Origin: an uncultured Acidobacteriota bacterium
GTDB lineage: Bacteria > Acidobacteriota > Vicinamibacteria > Vicinamibacterales > UBA8438
DNA: 59,653 bases
Direction: 5' to 3'
NCBI GenBank assembly: GCA_913043225.1
Contig: CAJWLU010000020.1
Span: forward strand, 1-59,653
Shown: positions 32,122 through 41,660 of the stretch, piece by piece
How the letters are laid out: each line of letters begins with the position of its first letter
Numbering within the stretch: position 1 is the first letter of the stretch
The notes under the pieces: generated by a model
What the model saw: the letters and a program-made list of their open reading frames with translations, nothing else
Database searches by the model: none
Told to the model about the DNA's origin: nothing
Translations under genes and position numbers: made by a program

Positions 32122-33414
32122 ATGATTCGGAAGCAGCATCTTCTCTTTGGGGCCGCGCTGGCCACGGCAGCGCTCGTGGTTGCCTGTGCCGGTGGCGCCG
32201 AGGAATCAGGGACGGCCGGGGGTGGCGATACCGGTGCCATGTTGTCCATGAACCCGGACGACGGAGTCCCGACCTTTGAGGTTGATCCCCTGTTCCCGAA
32301 GAACCTGCCCAACCACTGGCTGATGGGGCCGGTCATCGGTGTGGATGTCGACTCGCGCGACCACATCTGGATCGTTCATCGAAATACCCCGGACAACTTC
32401 GTGATGAACACCGAGATCGGCATGATGACCGATCCGCCGGTGGCGCAGTGCTGCCAGCCAGGCCCGCCGGTCATGGAGTTCGACCAGGAGGGCAACCTGG
32501 TGCAGGCCTGGGGCGGCCCCGGGACCGAGACCGGTGACTATGTCTGGCCCGCGTCGAATCACGGCATCACCATCGACGGGATGGACAACGTCTGGATCGG
32601 CGGAAACGGTGGTCCCGACGCGCACGTCCTCAAGATGGACCGCCAGGGCAACTTCCTTATGCAGGTGGGCACATCGGGAGCGCGGATGACCGGTCCGGTC
32701 AGCGAGCGTACTGGCCAGCCGACCCCGCAGCGCGATAGTCACGCCTCTGACAGCTACGGCCGGGTTGCGAAGATCGCCGTCGACAACGAAGCAAATGAGG
32801 CGTACTTCTCGGATGGCTACTTCAACCGCCGGATGGCCGTGGTCGACATGGACTCGGGTGAGCTGAAGCGCTACTGGGGTGCTTACGGGAACGAACCCGA
32901 CGATGAGGTCAACCTCGGACGGTACGTCCGTGGCGATGAGTCGACCTACGAGCAGTTCCGTGGTCCGGTCCACTGCGGTGAGGTTGCCAACGACGGTCTC
33001 GTGTATGTGTGCGACCGTGGCGGCGACCGTGTCCAGATCTTCCAGAAGGACGGCACGTACGTTTCCGAGCACTTCTACGCGCCGGACACGTTGTCGCAGG
33101 GTTCGACCTGGGATATCGACTTCTCGCACGATCCGGAGCAGCGGTGGATCTACCTGGCCGACGGCCAGAACATGAAGGTGTATATCATCGAGCGGGAGAC
33201 CATGGAAGTGGTCACGGCGTTCGGAGACGGTGGACGCCAGCCAGGCATGTTCTTCGCGGTGCACAGCCTCGCGGTGGACTCGAGCGGCAACATCTACACC
33301 ACCGAGACCTACGAGGGGTCGCGTCTGCAGAAGTTCGTGTTCAAGGGCTACGGGCCGGTACCGGCCGGGGCCGAGGGCGAAAACAGCCAGGGCGTGCTCT
33401 GGCCGACCAACTAG
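32122..33414 (+). CDS. NHL-repeat six-bladed beta-propeller lipoprotein, peptidylamidoglycolate lyase (PAL)-like
   Basis: Lipobox LVVAC, strong GGAGGA SD, FEVDPLFPK.LP, GVDVD..DHIWIVHR, NHGITID, SDGYFNRR, VHC, VCDRGGDRVQIF, VHSLAVDSSGNIYT. Confidence 0.87.
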   Translation: MIRKQHLLFGAALATAALVVACAGGAEESGTAGGGDTGAMLSMNPDDGVPTFEVDPLFPKNLPNHWLMGPVIGVDVDSRDHIWIVHRNTPDNFVMNTEIGMMTDPPVAQCCQPGPPVMEFDQEGNLVQAWGGPGTETGDYVWPASNHGITIDGMDNVWIGGNGGPDAHVLKMDRQGNFLMQVGTSGARMTGPVSERTGQPTPQRDSHASDSYGRVAKIAVDNEANEAYFSDGYFNRRMAVVDMDSGELKRYWGAYGNEPDDEVNLGRYVRGDESTYEQFRGPVHCGEVANDGLVYVCDRGGDRVQIFQKDGTYVSEHFYAPDTLSQGSTWDIDFSHDPEQRWIYLADGQNMKVYIIERETMEVVTAFGDGGRQPGMFFAVHSLAVDSSGNIYTTETYEGSRLQKFVFKGYGPVPAGAEGENSQGVLWPTN

Positions 33415-33435
33415 GACTCGCCGAGACGTAACATC

Positions 33436-33467
33436 GAGGCCGGTCCACTCTGTGGTGGGCCGGCCTT
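33436..33467 (+). terminator. GC-rich hairpin after the NHL gene (terminator or mRNA stabiliser)
   Basis: GAGGCCGGTCCAC/GTGGGCCGGCCTT 13-bp stem with a weak U-tail. Confidence 0.45.
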
Positions 33468-33512
33468 CGTTCTGTACCTTGTCATTTCTTGAGAGTGCTT
33501 GGGGGACAGGTC

Positions 33513-33947
33513 ATGCGGAATTGGCAGTTGGTGCGGAGTGGGGTGATAACTCTCGTCATGGTGACGGCGCTCGGCGGTGCGGCCACCGCCCAGGAGCTGA
33601 CCGAAGAGCAATACGGTCAGACCATGGGTGAGGTCAGGCTCCTGGTGGGTGATGTGTCGCAGTTCATCGACAACCGGTACTGGCCGGAGCTCGGCGAGAC
33701 CCTCGACACGTTGTTCCCGATGTTCCGCCAGATAGAGGCCTTCTGGCAGGGGCGGGGCAACGACAGTGCGTTGGCCATCGCTGGCGAGTCGATTGCCGCC
33801 TTGCAGGAGTTGGGGCGGGCGGGCATCGACATGAACGTTGGCGCTGCCCAGACCGGGTTGGGGAATTTGCGCGCCACCTGTGGCAAGTGCCACGGGGCGC
33901 ACCGTGAACCCGACGGCGACGGGTTCAAGATCAAGGCCGGCAGCTAG
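33513..33947 (+). CDS. Monohaem c-type cytochrome (class II, cytochrome c'-like helical bundle)
   Basis: Signal peptide ending ATA-Q, helical pattern, single C-terminal CGKCH haem motif followed by HR. Confidence 0.85.
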   Translation: MRNWQLVRSGVITLVMVTALGGAATAQELTEEQYGQTMGEVRLLVGDVSQFIDNRYWPELGETLDTLFPMFRQIEAFWQGRGNDSALAIAGESIAALQELGRAGIDMNVGAAQTGLGNLRATCGKCHGAHREPDGDGFKIKAGS

Positions 33948-34020
33948 GTTTTCTGGCGATTCGCCCACCTGGTTGCTCCCTCCTCACGCCTTGCCAGGCT
34001 GGCTGGTCGCCAGCAAACCG
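33945..34020. repeat. Short copy of a MITE/REP-like palindromic element
   Basis: Imperfect IRs GGTTTTCTGGCGATTCGCCCACCTGG / CCAGGCTGGCTGGTCGCCAGCAAACC around TGCTCCCTCCTCACG, a 15-mer also present in 43168-43277. Confidence 0.7.
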
Positions 34021-34135
34021 GCCTCATCGGGTGTCCCCTCCGCTCGTAGTTTCAATGAACAGTCGAAGGGTGTAGGCTAGCCCCGTACCAACTTGATGCG
34101 GGCGCGGCAGCGTCCGCTGTAGGAAGGAGACTGTG

Positions 34136-34756
34136 ATGCGGCGATCCTTCGAGTGTGGCTCTCTGACGGCGTTGTTCGTCCTCGTGTGTCTGCTTGGTGC
34201 GTCTGTCGTCGCCGAGGCCCAGGGGCGGACGCGTGGCAAGGTGATGGACGAATGGGGCAACGGTTTGCCCGGCGCGACCGTGCTGGCTGAGCCGGATGGC
34301 GGCACCGGCGCTCAGACCACCGAGACCACTGATGACAACGGCGAGTTCATGTTCGTGGGCCTACCGCAGGGAGTCTGGAACTTCACTGTCACCTACGATG
34401 GCTACCAGGGCATCCGCCAGGCGGCCCGCGTGAGCCAGCTCAACCAGAACCGGCCGATCGAGGTCGAGCTTCCCGTATTGCCATTGGGTGGCCTGTTCCG
34501 CGAGCGCACGGAATTCGAAGCCGAAGCTGGCACCCCCAAGTTTCGTTTCGAAGACGACGGCAAGTTCGAGTTTGAGGACGAGGATGGCGAGGGTGAAGGC
34601 AATTACGGCATCGTCGAGCAGAACGCGTTACTGGTGGTGCGCGACTACGACGGGCCGGACGACAAGTTTAGCGTCACGACGCCGGTGGTTGTCGAGTTCG
34701 GCGACGCCATGTTCACGAGCATGACCCACAACGGCGTGAACATGCCGAAGAAGTAG
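34136..34756 (+). CDS. Secreted protein with a carboxypeptidase-regulatory-like (Cna-B/transthyretin-like) domain
   Basis: SD AGGAG, signal peptide, RGKVMDEWGNGLPGATV, TDDNGEFMFVGL..G.W.FTV..DGY. Confidence 0.8.
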   Translation: MRRSFECGSLTALFVLVCLLGASVVAEAQGRTRGKVMDEWGNGLPGATVLAEPDGGTGAQTTETTDDNGEFMFVGLPQGVWNFTVTYDGYQGIRQAARVSQLNQNRPIEVELPVLPLGGLFRERTEFEAEAGTPKFRFEDDGKFEFEDEDGEGEGNYGIVEQNALLVVRDYDGPDDKFSVTTPVVVEFGDAMFTSMTHNGVNMPKK

Positions 34757-34776
34757 CGCGAGAGGGTGGGGTCGGG

Positions 34777-36783
34777 ATGAGGCTTCGCCGAGGTGTGGGA
34801 CGTTTGCTGGTGTTGATGACGCTGGTGGGCGTTTCCTTTACGCCCGCGGCGGCCGACGCTGAGGTCATCCGTATCGAGATCACCGCCCGCGAGGCGTTCG
34901 GGGCGGACATTGACGGTCAGATCGGTCCCTACGAACGGTGGCGCGGCCGCGTGATCTACGCCTTAGAGGTGGACGACGTCGCTAACCGCGGCATCGTCGA
35001 TCTGGATCTGGCCGCCACCGATGGTAACGGCCGCGTGATTTTCTACGGGGATCTCGAGATTCTCGCACCCGCCGATCTCTCGCAAGCGCAGCCCACCGTC
35101 CTGTACGTCGTCAACAACCGCGGTCGCCGCACAATGGGAGGTGAATCCTTCCTGCTCAGCCGGGGCTATGTGACGGTGTCGAGCGGCTGGATCGCCCAGG
35201 TACCGATCAACCGGACCCGGATGCGGCTCGAGGCACCCGTCGCGCTCGACTCGGAGGACGGTATTCCGGTGGTGGGGGAGGTACGGGTCGAGTTAGTGAC
35301 CGACGAGGCGACGGACCGGCTGGCAGTCGGCGGAGGACAGCAGGCGTTCGAGCCGGTGATCGGCGAGCTCGGTGAAGCACGGTTGACCCGCCGGCTACGT
35401 GAGCGTGACCCGCCCGAACTGGTCCCTCGCGACCGGTGGCGATTGGGCGCGCAGTACGACGGCAGCGAAGAAGGTAGTGGGCTGATTGAACTTGAGATGG
35501 TGCTCGAGGGTGGGTTCGAACCGGGCGTCATCTACGACCTGACCTACCTGGCCCGCGGTGCAGTCGTGCAGGGCACCGGGTTCGCCGGTATCCGCGATCT
35601 TGTGTCGTTCCTGAAACACGAGGTATCCGAAGAGAACCCGCTGCGACGATCAGACGGTTCCCCGGTGGCCCAGCGTGTCATCGGGCATGGTCTGTCTCAA
35701 AGCGGCCGTGCGCTTCGCCAATTTCTCTACGACGGGTTCAACGCCGACACGGAGGGACGACAGGTGTTCGACGGCGTGCTGCCGGCGATTGCCGGCGGCG
35801 GGCTGGGCTTCTTCAACCATCGGTTCGCGTCGCCCACGCTCGGCGGTGGTCAGCACGTCGGGCACCTGAATCCGGTGGATCAGTTTCCGTTCACCTACGG
35901 TGACGAGACCGATCCGTTTACGGGTGAGACCGACGGCATCCTTCGCCGTGCCCGGGAAGATGGCGTCGTACCCAAGGTGATGCATATTGACACCTCGTCG
36001 GAGTACTGGCATCGGGCCGGTTCGCTCGTGGTGACTGATCCGACCGGCGCCCGAGACGCGAAGCTCCCGCCAGAGGTGCGGGTCTACATGGTGGCTGGCG
36101 CGCAGCATGTGCCGGCGCAGCGGCCCTCCGAACGCGGGCAGCAGGCACTGAATCCAAACGACTATCGACCGGTGTTGCAGGCGCTGTTTCTGGCGATGGA
36201 TCGCTGGGTGAGTGATGACGTCGAGCCACCCGCCAGCGCGTATCCCACGATTGCCGGCGGTGCCCTGACGCGGCCAGACCCCGCGGGCTCGGGCTGGCAG
36301 CCGTTGCCCGACGTGACCTTCCCGGCGGTGCTCAACCAGCCGGAGCAGCTCGATTTCGGAGCGGCGTTCGCCGAGGAGCGTCGGATCGAACAGCAACCGC
36401 CGGGGCGCACCGGTAACTTCTATGGCGTCCGGGTGCCCGGGTTCGGAGCGGATAATAACGAGCGGGGCGGAGTGCAGCTGCCACGTACGGCGGTGCCGGT
36501 GGCCACCTACACCGGGTGGAACCTGCGGAGCCCGGCGATTGGCGCACCCACCGAGCTGCTGCATCTGGCGGGGAGCCGGATCCCATTCGGTGCGACGTTG
36601 GATTCGCGTCAGGCGGGCGACCCGCGTCAGGCGCTCAGCGAGCGGTACTTAAGCTTTGACGACTACCGGAACCAGTATCTGGCCGTGGCCCAGGACCTGA
36701 TCGACCAGGGGTATCTGCTGGCCGAGCACCTCCCCGCAATTGAAGCGGTCGCCAATCAGTACAGCAACCTGTTCGAGCAGTAG
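34777..36783 (+). CDS. Secreted alpha/beta-hydrolase-domain protein
   Basis: GPYE, NRG, GFAGIRDLVSFLK, G.SQSGR nucleophile motif, GFNAD, VFDG, PKVMH..TSSEYW, TYTGWN, SERY. Confidence 0.8.
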   Translation: MRLRRGVGRLLVLMTLVGVSFTPAAADAEVIRIEITAREAFGADIDGQIGPYERWRGRVIYALEVDDVANRGIVDLDLAATDGNGRVIFYGDLEILAPADLSQAQPTVLYVVNNRGRRTMGGESFLLSRGYVTVSSGWIAQVPINRTRMRLEAPVALDSEDGIPVVGEVRVELVTDEATDRLAVGGGQQAFEPVIGELGEARLTRRLRERDPPELVPRDRWRLGAQYDGSEEGSGLIELEMVLEGGFEPGVIYDLTYLARGAVVQGTGFAGIRDLVSFLKHEVSEENPLRRSDGSPVAQRVIGHGLSQSGRALRQFLYDGFNADTEGRQVFDGVLPAIAGGGLGFFNHRFASPTLGGGQHVGHLNPVDQFPFTYGDETDPFTGETDGILRRAREDGVVPKVMHIDTSSEYWHRAGSLVVTDPTGARDAKLPPEVRVYMVAGAQHVPAQRPSERGQQALNPNDYRPVLQALFLAMDRWVSDDVEPPASAYPTIAGGALTRPDPAGSGWQPLPDVTFPAVLNQPEQLDFGAAFAEERRIEQQPPGRTGNFYGVRVPGFGADNNERGGVQLPRTAVPVATYTGWNLRSPAIGAPTELLHLAGSRIPFGATLDSRQAGDPRQALSERYLSFDDYRNQYLAVAQDLIDQGYLLAEHLPAIEAVANQYSNLFEQ

Positions 36784-36827
36784 CCGGTCTGGGCTCCCCC
36801 GGACTGCCTTTCTGGAGCTATACCATC

Positions 36828-38123
36828 ATGAAACGTCCGTTCCTCGTCGTCGGGTTGTTATTTCTTTTTGCCGCCGGAGCCACGGCCCAAGGGCTGCCGT
36901 TGGCGCCCCCCACGCAACTGGGGCTCGACCCCGACCGCCTTGATCGTATCGTGGAGCTGGTCGAGGACGCGGTCGACCGCGAGGAGGTGGCCGGCGCGGT
37001 GACGCTCGTGGCCCGGCTAGGCCGGGTTGGGCACCTTGAGGCGATCGGGTTCCGCGACAAGGAGCGGGGTGCGCCGATGGAGACCGACACGCTGTTCCGT
37101 ATCGCCTCAATGACGAAGGCTGTTACCAGCGTGGCCATCATGCAGCTCTATGAAGTTGGCGCCCTGATGCTAAACGAGCCGGTCTCGAAGTATCTGCCGG
37201 CTTTCACCGAAATGGACGTGTTAACGCCACCGGACGAGGCGGGTGGTGAGTTTACGCTCGAGCCAGCTCGGCGCCAGATCACGATCCGGCACCTGCTGAC
37301 GCATACCTCTGGGCTGAGCTATCGCTTCCTCTCGCCGCCGCACTTGGCCCCCTACTACCTCGGCGCTAATATCACCGACGGTTTGAGCCAGGCCGACGGT
37401 ACTATCGGCGACATGGTCGACCGACTGGCGACGACGCCGCTGCTGCACGGGCCGGGCGAGCGCTACACCTACAGTCTGGGCGTTGACGTGCTGGGACGGG
37501 TGGTCGAGGTGATTACCGGCGAGACGCTGGCCGACTACATGGCGGCCGAGATCTTCGAGCCGCTGCAGATGGACGACACGTCGTTCTTCAAGGTGTCCGG
37601 GGAGGCCGATCGATATGCGGCCATCTACACGCCGGTGGGAGACGGCATCGGCAAGGTGACCGATGCGCCGGTGTCGAGTCCGGACAACCGAGTGGTGTAC
37701 TCGGCCGGTTATCCCTACGGCGAGGGGCAGCGCTACTACTCTGGCGGGGCGGGCCTAACGTCGACTATTGGCGACTATGCTCGATTCCTGCAGGCACTCC
37801 TCAACGGGGGAGAGCTGGACGGCGTGAGGATTTTGGGACGAAAGACAATCCAGCTCATGACGCGCGACCACCTGGTAGGTGTGGGCGTCCCCGCCGGCGG
37901 AAACCTGTTCGGGCTGGGCTTCGCGATTTCGCCCGATCCTGGCCTTAGCGGCGGCCCCCGTTCCGAGGGGGCGTTCGGCTGGCTCGGCTTCTTCAACACT
38001 GTCTACTGGATCGACCCTGAGGAGCAGCTCGTGGCGATCATCATGACCCAGCTCTACCCGAATAATCAGTCGGATCTGACTCGCAAGTTCGAGGTAGCGG
38101 TCTACAGCGCCATCGTGAACTGA
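36828..38123 (+). CDS. Serine hydrolase, beta-lactamase class C/EstB-like
   Basis: FRIASMTK (SxxK), LLTHTSG, PGERYTYS, GGAGL.ST, IDP. Confidence 0.88.
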   Translation: MKRPFLVVGLLFLFAAGATAQGLPLAPPTQLGLDPDRLDRIVELVEDAVDREEVAGAVTLVARLGRVGHLEAIGFRDKERGAPMETDTLFRIASMTKAVTSVAIMQLYEVGALMLNEPVSKYLPAFTEMDVLTPPDEAGGEFTLEPARRQITIRHLLTHTSGLSYRFLSPPHLAPYYLGANITDGLSQADGTIGDMVDRLATTPLLHGPGERYTYSLGVDVLGRVVEVITGETLADYMAAEIFEPLQMDDTSFFKVSGEADRYAAIYTPVGDGIGKVTDAPVSSPDNRVVYSAGYPYGEGQRYYSGGAGLTSTIGDYARFLQALLNGGELDGVRILGRKTIQLMTRDHLVGVGVPAGGNLFGLGFAISPDPGLSGGPRSEGAFGWLGFFNTVYWIDPEEQLVAIIMTQLYPNNQSDLTRKFEVAVYSAIVN

Positions 38124-38284
38124 GTTGGCGTTGGCTTCGGGAGGAGCTTAGGTGTACAAGAATCTGGCCAGACGAATGAACGCCTGGCCAGGTTAATCGT
38201 GGGCCGGCGGAGTCTGCCCAGGGTGACTGAAGCCCGAAGCTTGGAGCCAAGCGAGACGCCTCGGCTATTCAAGCTCCGCGAGCT

Positions 38285-38743
38285 TTAGCGTATTCCCAAC
38301 AGTTCCACGTCAAACACTAGCATCGAGTCGGCTGGGATGCCGGGGCGGGCGCGGGAGCCGTAGCCGAGTTCGGCCGGGATCCAGAAGCGGCGCTTTTCGC
38401 CCACCACCATCAATTGGAGCCCCTCGGTCCAGCCGCGAATCACGCCGTCGAGCGGGAACGTGGCGGGCATGCCGCGGGTCACTGAGCTGTCGAACATCGA
38501 GCCGCTGGTCAACCAGCCGCTGTAGTGCACGGTCACCTGCGAGGTGGCCGACGGATACTGGTTGCCGGTGCCAGCTTGAACCACTTTGCTGGCTAGACCA
38601 GAGGGCGTGCGTTCGGCGTCAGCCGGCGGAGCCGCCACGTCTTCCGGGACGGAGGGCTGGGCAGCCGCGGCGGCAACCATACCGACCACCACGAAGGTGG
38701 CGACGAGAAGCTCGGGTGCGATCGATCTCAACAGGGTAATCAT
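38285..38743 (-). CDS. FKBP-type peptidyl-prolyl cis-trans isomerase
   Basis: TPSGL, VTVHYSGW, FDSS, VIRGWTEGL, IPAELGYG, LVFDVELL. Confidence 0.93.
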   Translation of the reverse strand: MITLLRSIAPELLVATFVVVGMVAAAAAQPSVPEDVAAPPADAERTPSGLASKVVQAGTGNQYPSATSQVTVHYSGWLTSGSMFDSSVTRGMPATFPLDGVIRGWTEGLQLMVVGEKRRFWIPAELGYGSRARPGIPADSMLVFDVELLGIR

Positions 38744-38827
38744 GGAAAGATCTTACCGTAACGAGAACCGGCCGATTGTCGTCTCGACGTTGGGTTGTTC
38801 ACGGACGCGACAGAGAGGAGTCCCGGA

Positions 38828-40183
38828 ATGCGGTGCGTGCTGAAGGTTATGTGTACGGCGGTATTCGTGGTCACGGTGGTTGCGACCCCATGGTTCGCTT
38901 GGGCCCAGGCCGGCGGGAACGACGGTAGTGGCTACTGGGGACAGTGGCGAGGACCGCTGGCTACCGGCGAAGCGCCGCGCGGCGATCCGCCGGTCGAGTG
39001 GAGCGAGTCGAGCAACATCCGTTGGAAGGTACCTATTCCGGGGCTGGGGTCTGCGACCCCCGTCGTGTGGGGTGACCGGATGTTCGTGTTGGCCGCGGTG
39101 CCGGCCGGGGAAGAAGTGGCTTCGAGTGACGGCATCTTCCGCCGGATCCGTAACCGTTTCACCCGCGCGAACTCGGCCACCCGGGTCCAGCAGTTTCTCG
39201 TGCTTGCCCTCGACCGACAGGACGGGTCGGTGATCTGGCAGCAAGTCGCTCGTGAGGAGTTGCCGCACGAAGGGATCCATCAGACCGGCAGCTATGCCTC
39301 GGGGTCGGCCGCGACCGACGGCGAAGTGCTGTGCGCGTTCTTCGGCTCGCGCGGCCTCTACTGCTACGACCTAGACGGCGAGCCGCTATGGGATGTCGAT
39401 CTGGGCGACATGCGCATCCGGATGGGATTCGGCGAAGGGGCGTCACCTGTCCTCCATCGCGACCTTCTGATCGTGGTGTGGGACCACGAGGGAGACTCGT
39501 TCATTGCGGCGTTCGACAAACGCACGGGCGAGGAGCGGTGGCGCACGCCGCGCGATGAGATGACGTCCTGGAGCACCCCCCTCGTGGTGGAGCAAGGTGA
39601 CGATGCCCAGGTGATCACCAGCGCCACGCAAGGCGTCCGCAGCTACGACGTGGCAACTGGAGAGCTCCGGTGGCAGGACGAGGGCGTCACTCTCAATGCT
39701 ATCCCCTCGCCGGTGTACGAGGACGGGACCGTGTATGTGACGAGCGGCTACCGCGGGAACCGGCTGGCCGCCATCGATCTCAGCGCGGCCGAGGGCGATA
39801 TCGCGGGTTCAGATGCCATCCTGTGGTCGCTGGATCGCGACACGCCATATGTGCCGTCTCCCCTGCTGCACGATGGGTTGATTTACCTGGTGAAGAGCAA
39901 CGACGGCATTCTGAGCAGCTACGACGCGGGTACCGGACAACGGGTATGGGGGCCGGAGCGGATTCGCGCGCTGCGTGGCGTCTATGCCTCGCCGGTGTCA
40001 GCCAGCGGACGCATTTACGTTCCGGGCCGCCAGGGCACGACGGTTGTTCTTCAGGCCGGCGAGACCTTCGAGGTGCTGGCGACCAACGAGCTTGACGACG
40101 GTTTCGACGCTTCACCCGTCGTGGCCGGCGACGAACTGTACCTGCGCGGACGCGAGTTTCTCTACGCCATCGCCGAAGACTGA
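38828..40183 (+). CDS. PQQ-binding-like beta-propeller protein (BamB-like repeats)
   Basis: Signal peptide, WGQWRGP, NIRWKVPIPGLG.ATPVV, FGEGASP, WSTP, YVPSP, YASPV, ASP. Confidence 0.85.
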   Translation: MRCVLKVMCTAVFVVTVVATPWFAWAQAGGNDGSGYWGQWRGPLATGEAPRGDPPVEWSESSNIRWKVPIPGLGSATPVVWGDRMFVLAAVPAGEEVASSDGIFRRIRNRFTRANSATRVQQFLVLALDRQDGSVIWQQVAREELPHEGIHQTGSYASGSAATDGEVLCAFFGSRGLYCYDLDGEPLWDVDLGDMRIRMGFGEGASPVLHRDLLIVVWDHEGDSFIAAFDKRTGEERWRTPRDEMTSWSTPLVVEQGDDAQVITSATQGVRSYDVATGELRWQDEGVTLNAIPSPVYEDGTVYVTSGYRGNRLAAIDLSAAEGDIAGSDAILWSLDRDTPYVPSPLLHDGLIYLVKSNDGILSSYDAGTGQRVWGPERIRALRGVYASPVSASGRIYVPGRQGTTVVLQAGETFEVLATNELDDGFDASPVVAGDELYLRGREFLYAIAED

Positions 40184-40364
40184 CGGATATCACCGAACCC
40201 TAGCATCTCGGCTGCGTTTCTCGACCTACGGTCGAACGCCGGTCCGCTCACCTACGAGGCGGCCGGCTCGACCATGGCTTGGTCATACTGCCGTCGCCTA
40301 CCTCCCCGCCAGCTAGGTTCCTGTGGCCAGCCTGAGGGCCGAGTAGCCGTATAATCAGCGGTCC

Positions 40365-41660
40365 GTGAAGATTACCTACATCACTGCGGGCGCCGGGGGC
40401 ATGTACTGCGGAAGCTGTATCCGCGACAATGCCCTCGCCACGGCGCTGACCCGGAAGGGTCACGACGTCACCCTGCTCCCGCTCTACACCCCTACCCGGA
40501 CCGACGAAGAGAACGTTAGCCAGCAGCGGGTGTTCTTTGGCGGTATCAGCGTCTATCTCGAGCAATATGTTTCGCTCTTTCGCAAGACCCCCTGGCTGCT
40601 CGACCGGTTGTGGGAGTCGCCGTGGCTGCTGAAGGCCGTATCGGGCCGGGCAGTCGGCACTAGCCCGACGAAACTCGGGGCATTGACCGTTTCGGTGCTG
40701 GAAGGTAGCCACGGAAACCAGCGCAAGGAGCTCGACAAGCTCGTGCACTGGCTGAAGGACCAGCCGCGTCCGGACGTGCTCGACATCTCCAACTCGATGC
40801 TGATCGCGATTGCCGAGCCGTTGAAGCAGGCGCTCGGATGCCCGATCAATTGCACGTTGCAGGGTGAGAATATCTTCATGGACGAGCTTCTCGAGCCTTA
40901 TCGCAGCCGGGCCAAGGAGCTGATCCGGTCGCATGTCCAGCATGTCGACTCGTTCGTGGCGGTGAGCGACTACTACGCTGGCTACATGAGCCGCTACCTG
41001 GAGATTCCAGGCGCCAAGATGCGGGTGGTACCGCTGGGGGTCAACATCGACCGTTTCCAACCGGCGACTGGTAAGGCTGAGGGGAAGTTAACCCTCGGTT
41101 ATCTTGGACGGATCGCCCCCGAGAAGGGGGTGCACCTGCTGTGTGACGCCTATCGCGACCTCCGCAAGCGCGGGGCGCTCGACAACTGTCGGCTCGAGCT
41201 GGCTGGCTATCTCGGCCCCGAGCACGCCGCGTACTGGCAATCGATAGAGCGCGAGGCAGGGACCTCTGGATTGGCCGACGAGATCAACTATCGAGGTGAG
41301 CTCGACCTCGACGCCAAGGTGAGGTTCCTCCAAAGCCTGGATTTGTTCGTCGTGCCTGCCGTCTACGACGACCCGAAGGGCATGTCGCTCATCGAGGCGA
41401 TGGCGTGTGGGGTGCCCGTGGTCGCGCCGCGTCGGGGTACCTACACAGAGTTGCTGGAACGCACCGGCGGCGGTGTGCTCGTCGAGCCCGAGAACCGCGA
41501 TCAGCTGGAAAGTACCATCGAGCAGCTGAGCGGAGATCTGGCCCGGCTCGCCGAGCTGGCGCAGCGGGCCCGCGCAGGTATCCAGGAGCACTACGGCACC
41601 GACGAGATGGCGGCTCGAGCCCTCGCAGCCTACGAACGACTCGCGCCGGCGACTGCCTGA
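40365..41660 (+). CDS. Glycosyltransferase family 4
   Basis: GT-B motifs GYLGRIAPEKG and DPKGMSLIEAMACGVPVV. N-terminal AGAGGMYCGSC. GTG start with TATAAT at 40350-40355. Confidence 0.9.
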   Translation: MKITYITAGAGGMYCGSCIRDNALATALTRKGHDVTLLPLYTPTRTDEENVSQQRVFFGGISVYLEQYVSLFRKTPWLLDRLWESPWLLKAVSGRAVGTSPTKLGALTVSVLEGSHGNQRKELDKLVHWLKDQPRPDVLDISNSMLIAIAEPLKQALGCPINCTLQGENIFMDELLEPYRSRAKELIRSHVQHVDSFVAVSDYYAGYMSRYLEIPGAKMRVVPLGVNIDRFQPATGKAEGKLTLGYLGRIAPEKGVHLLCDAYRDLRKRGALDNCRLELAGYLGPEHAAYWQSIEREAGTSGLADEINYRGELDLDAKVRFLQSLDLFVVPAVYDDPKGMSLIEAMACGVPVVAPRRGTYTELLERTGGGVLVEPENRDQLESTIEQLSGDLARLAELAQRARAGIQEHYGTDEMAARALAAYERLAPATA

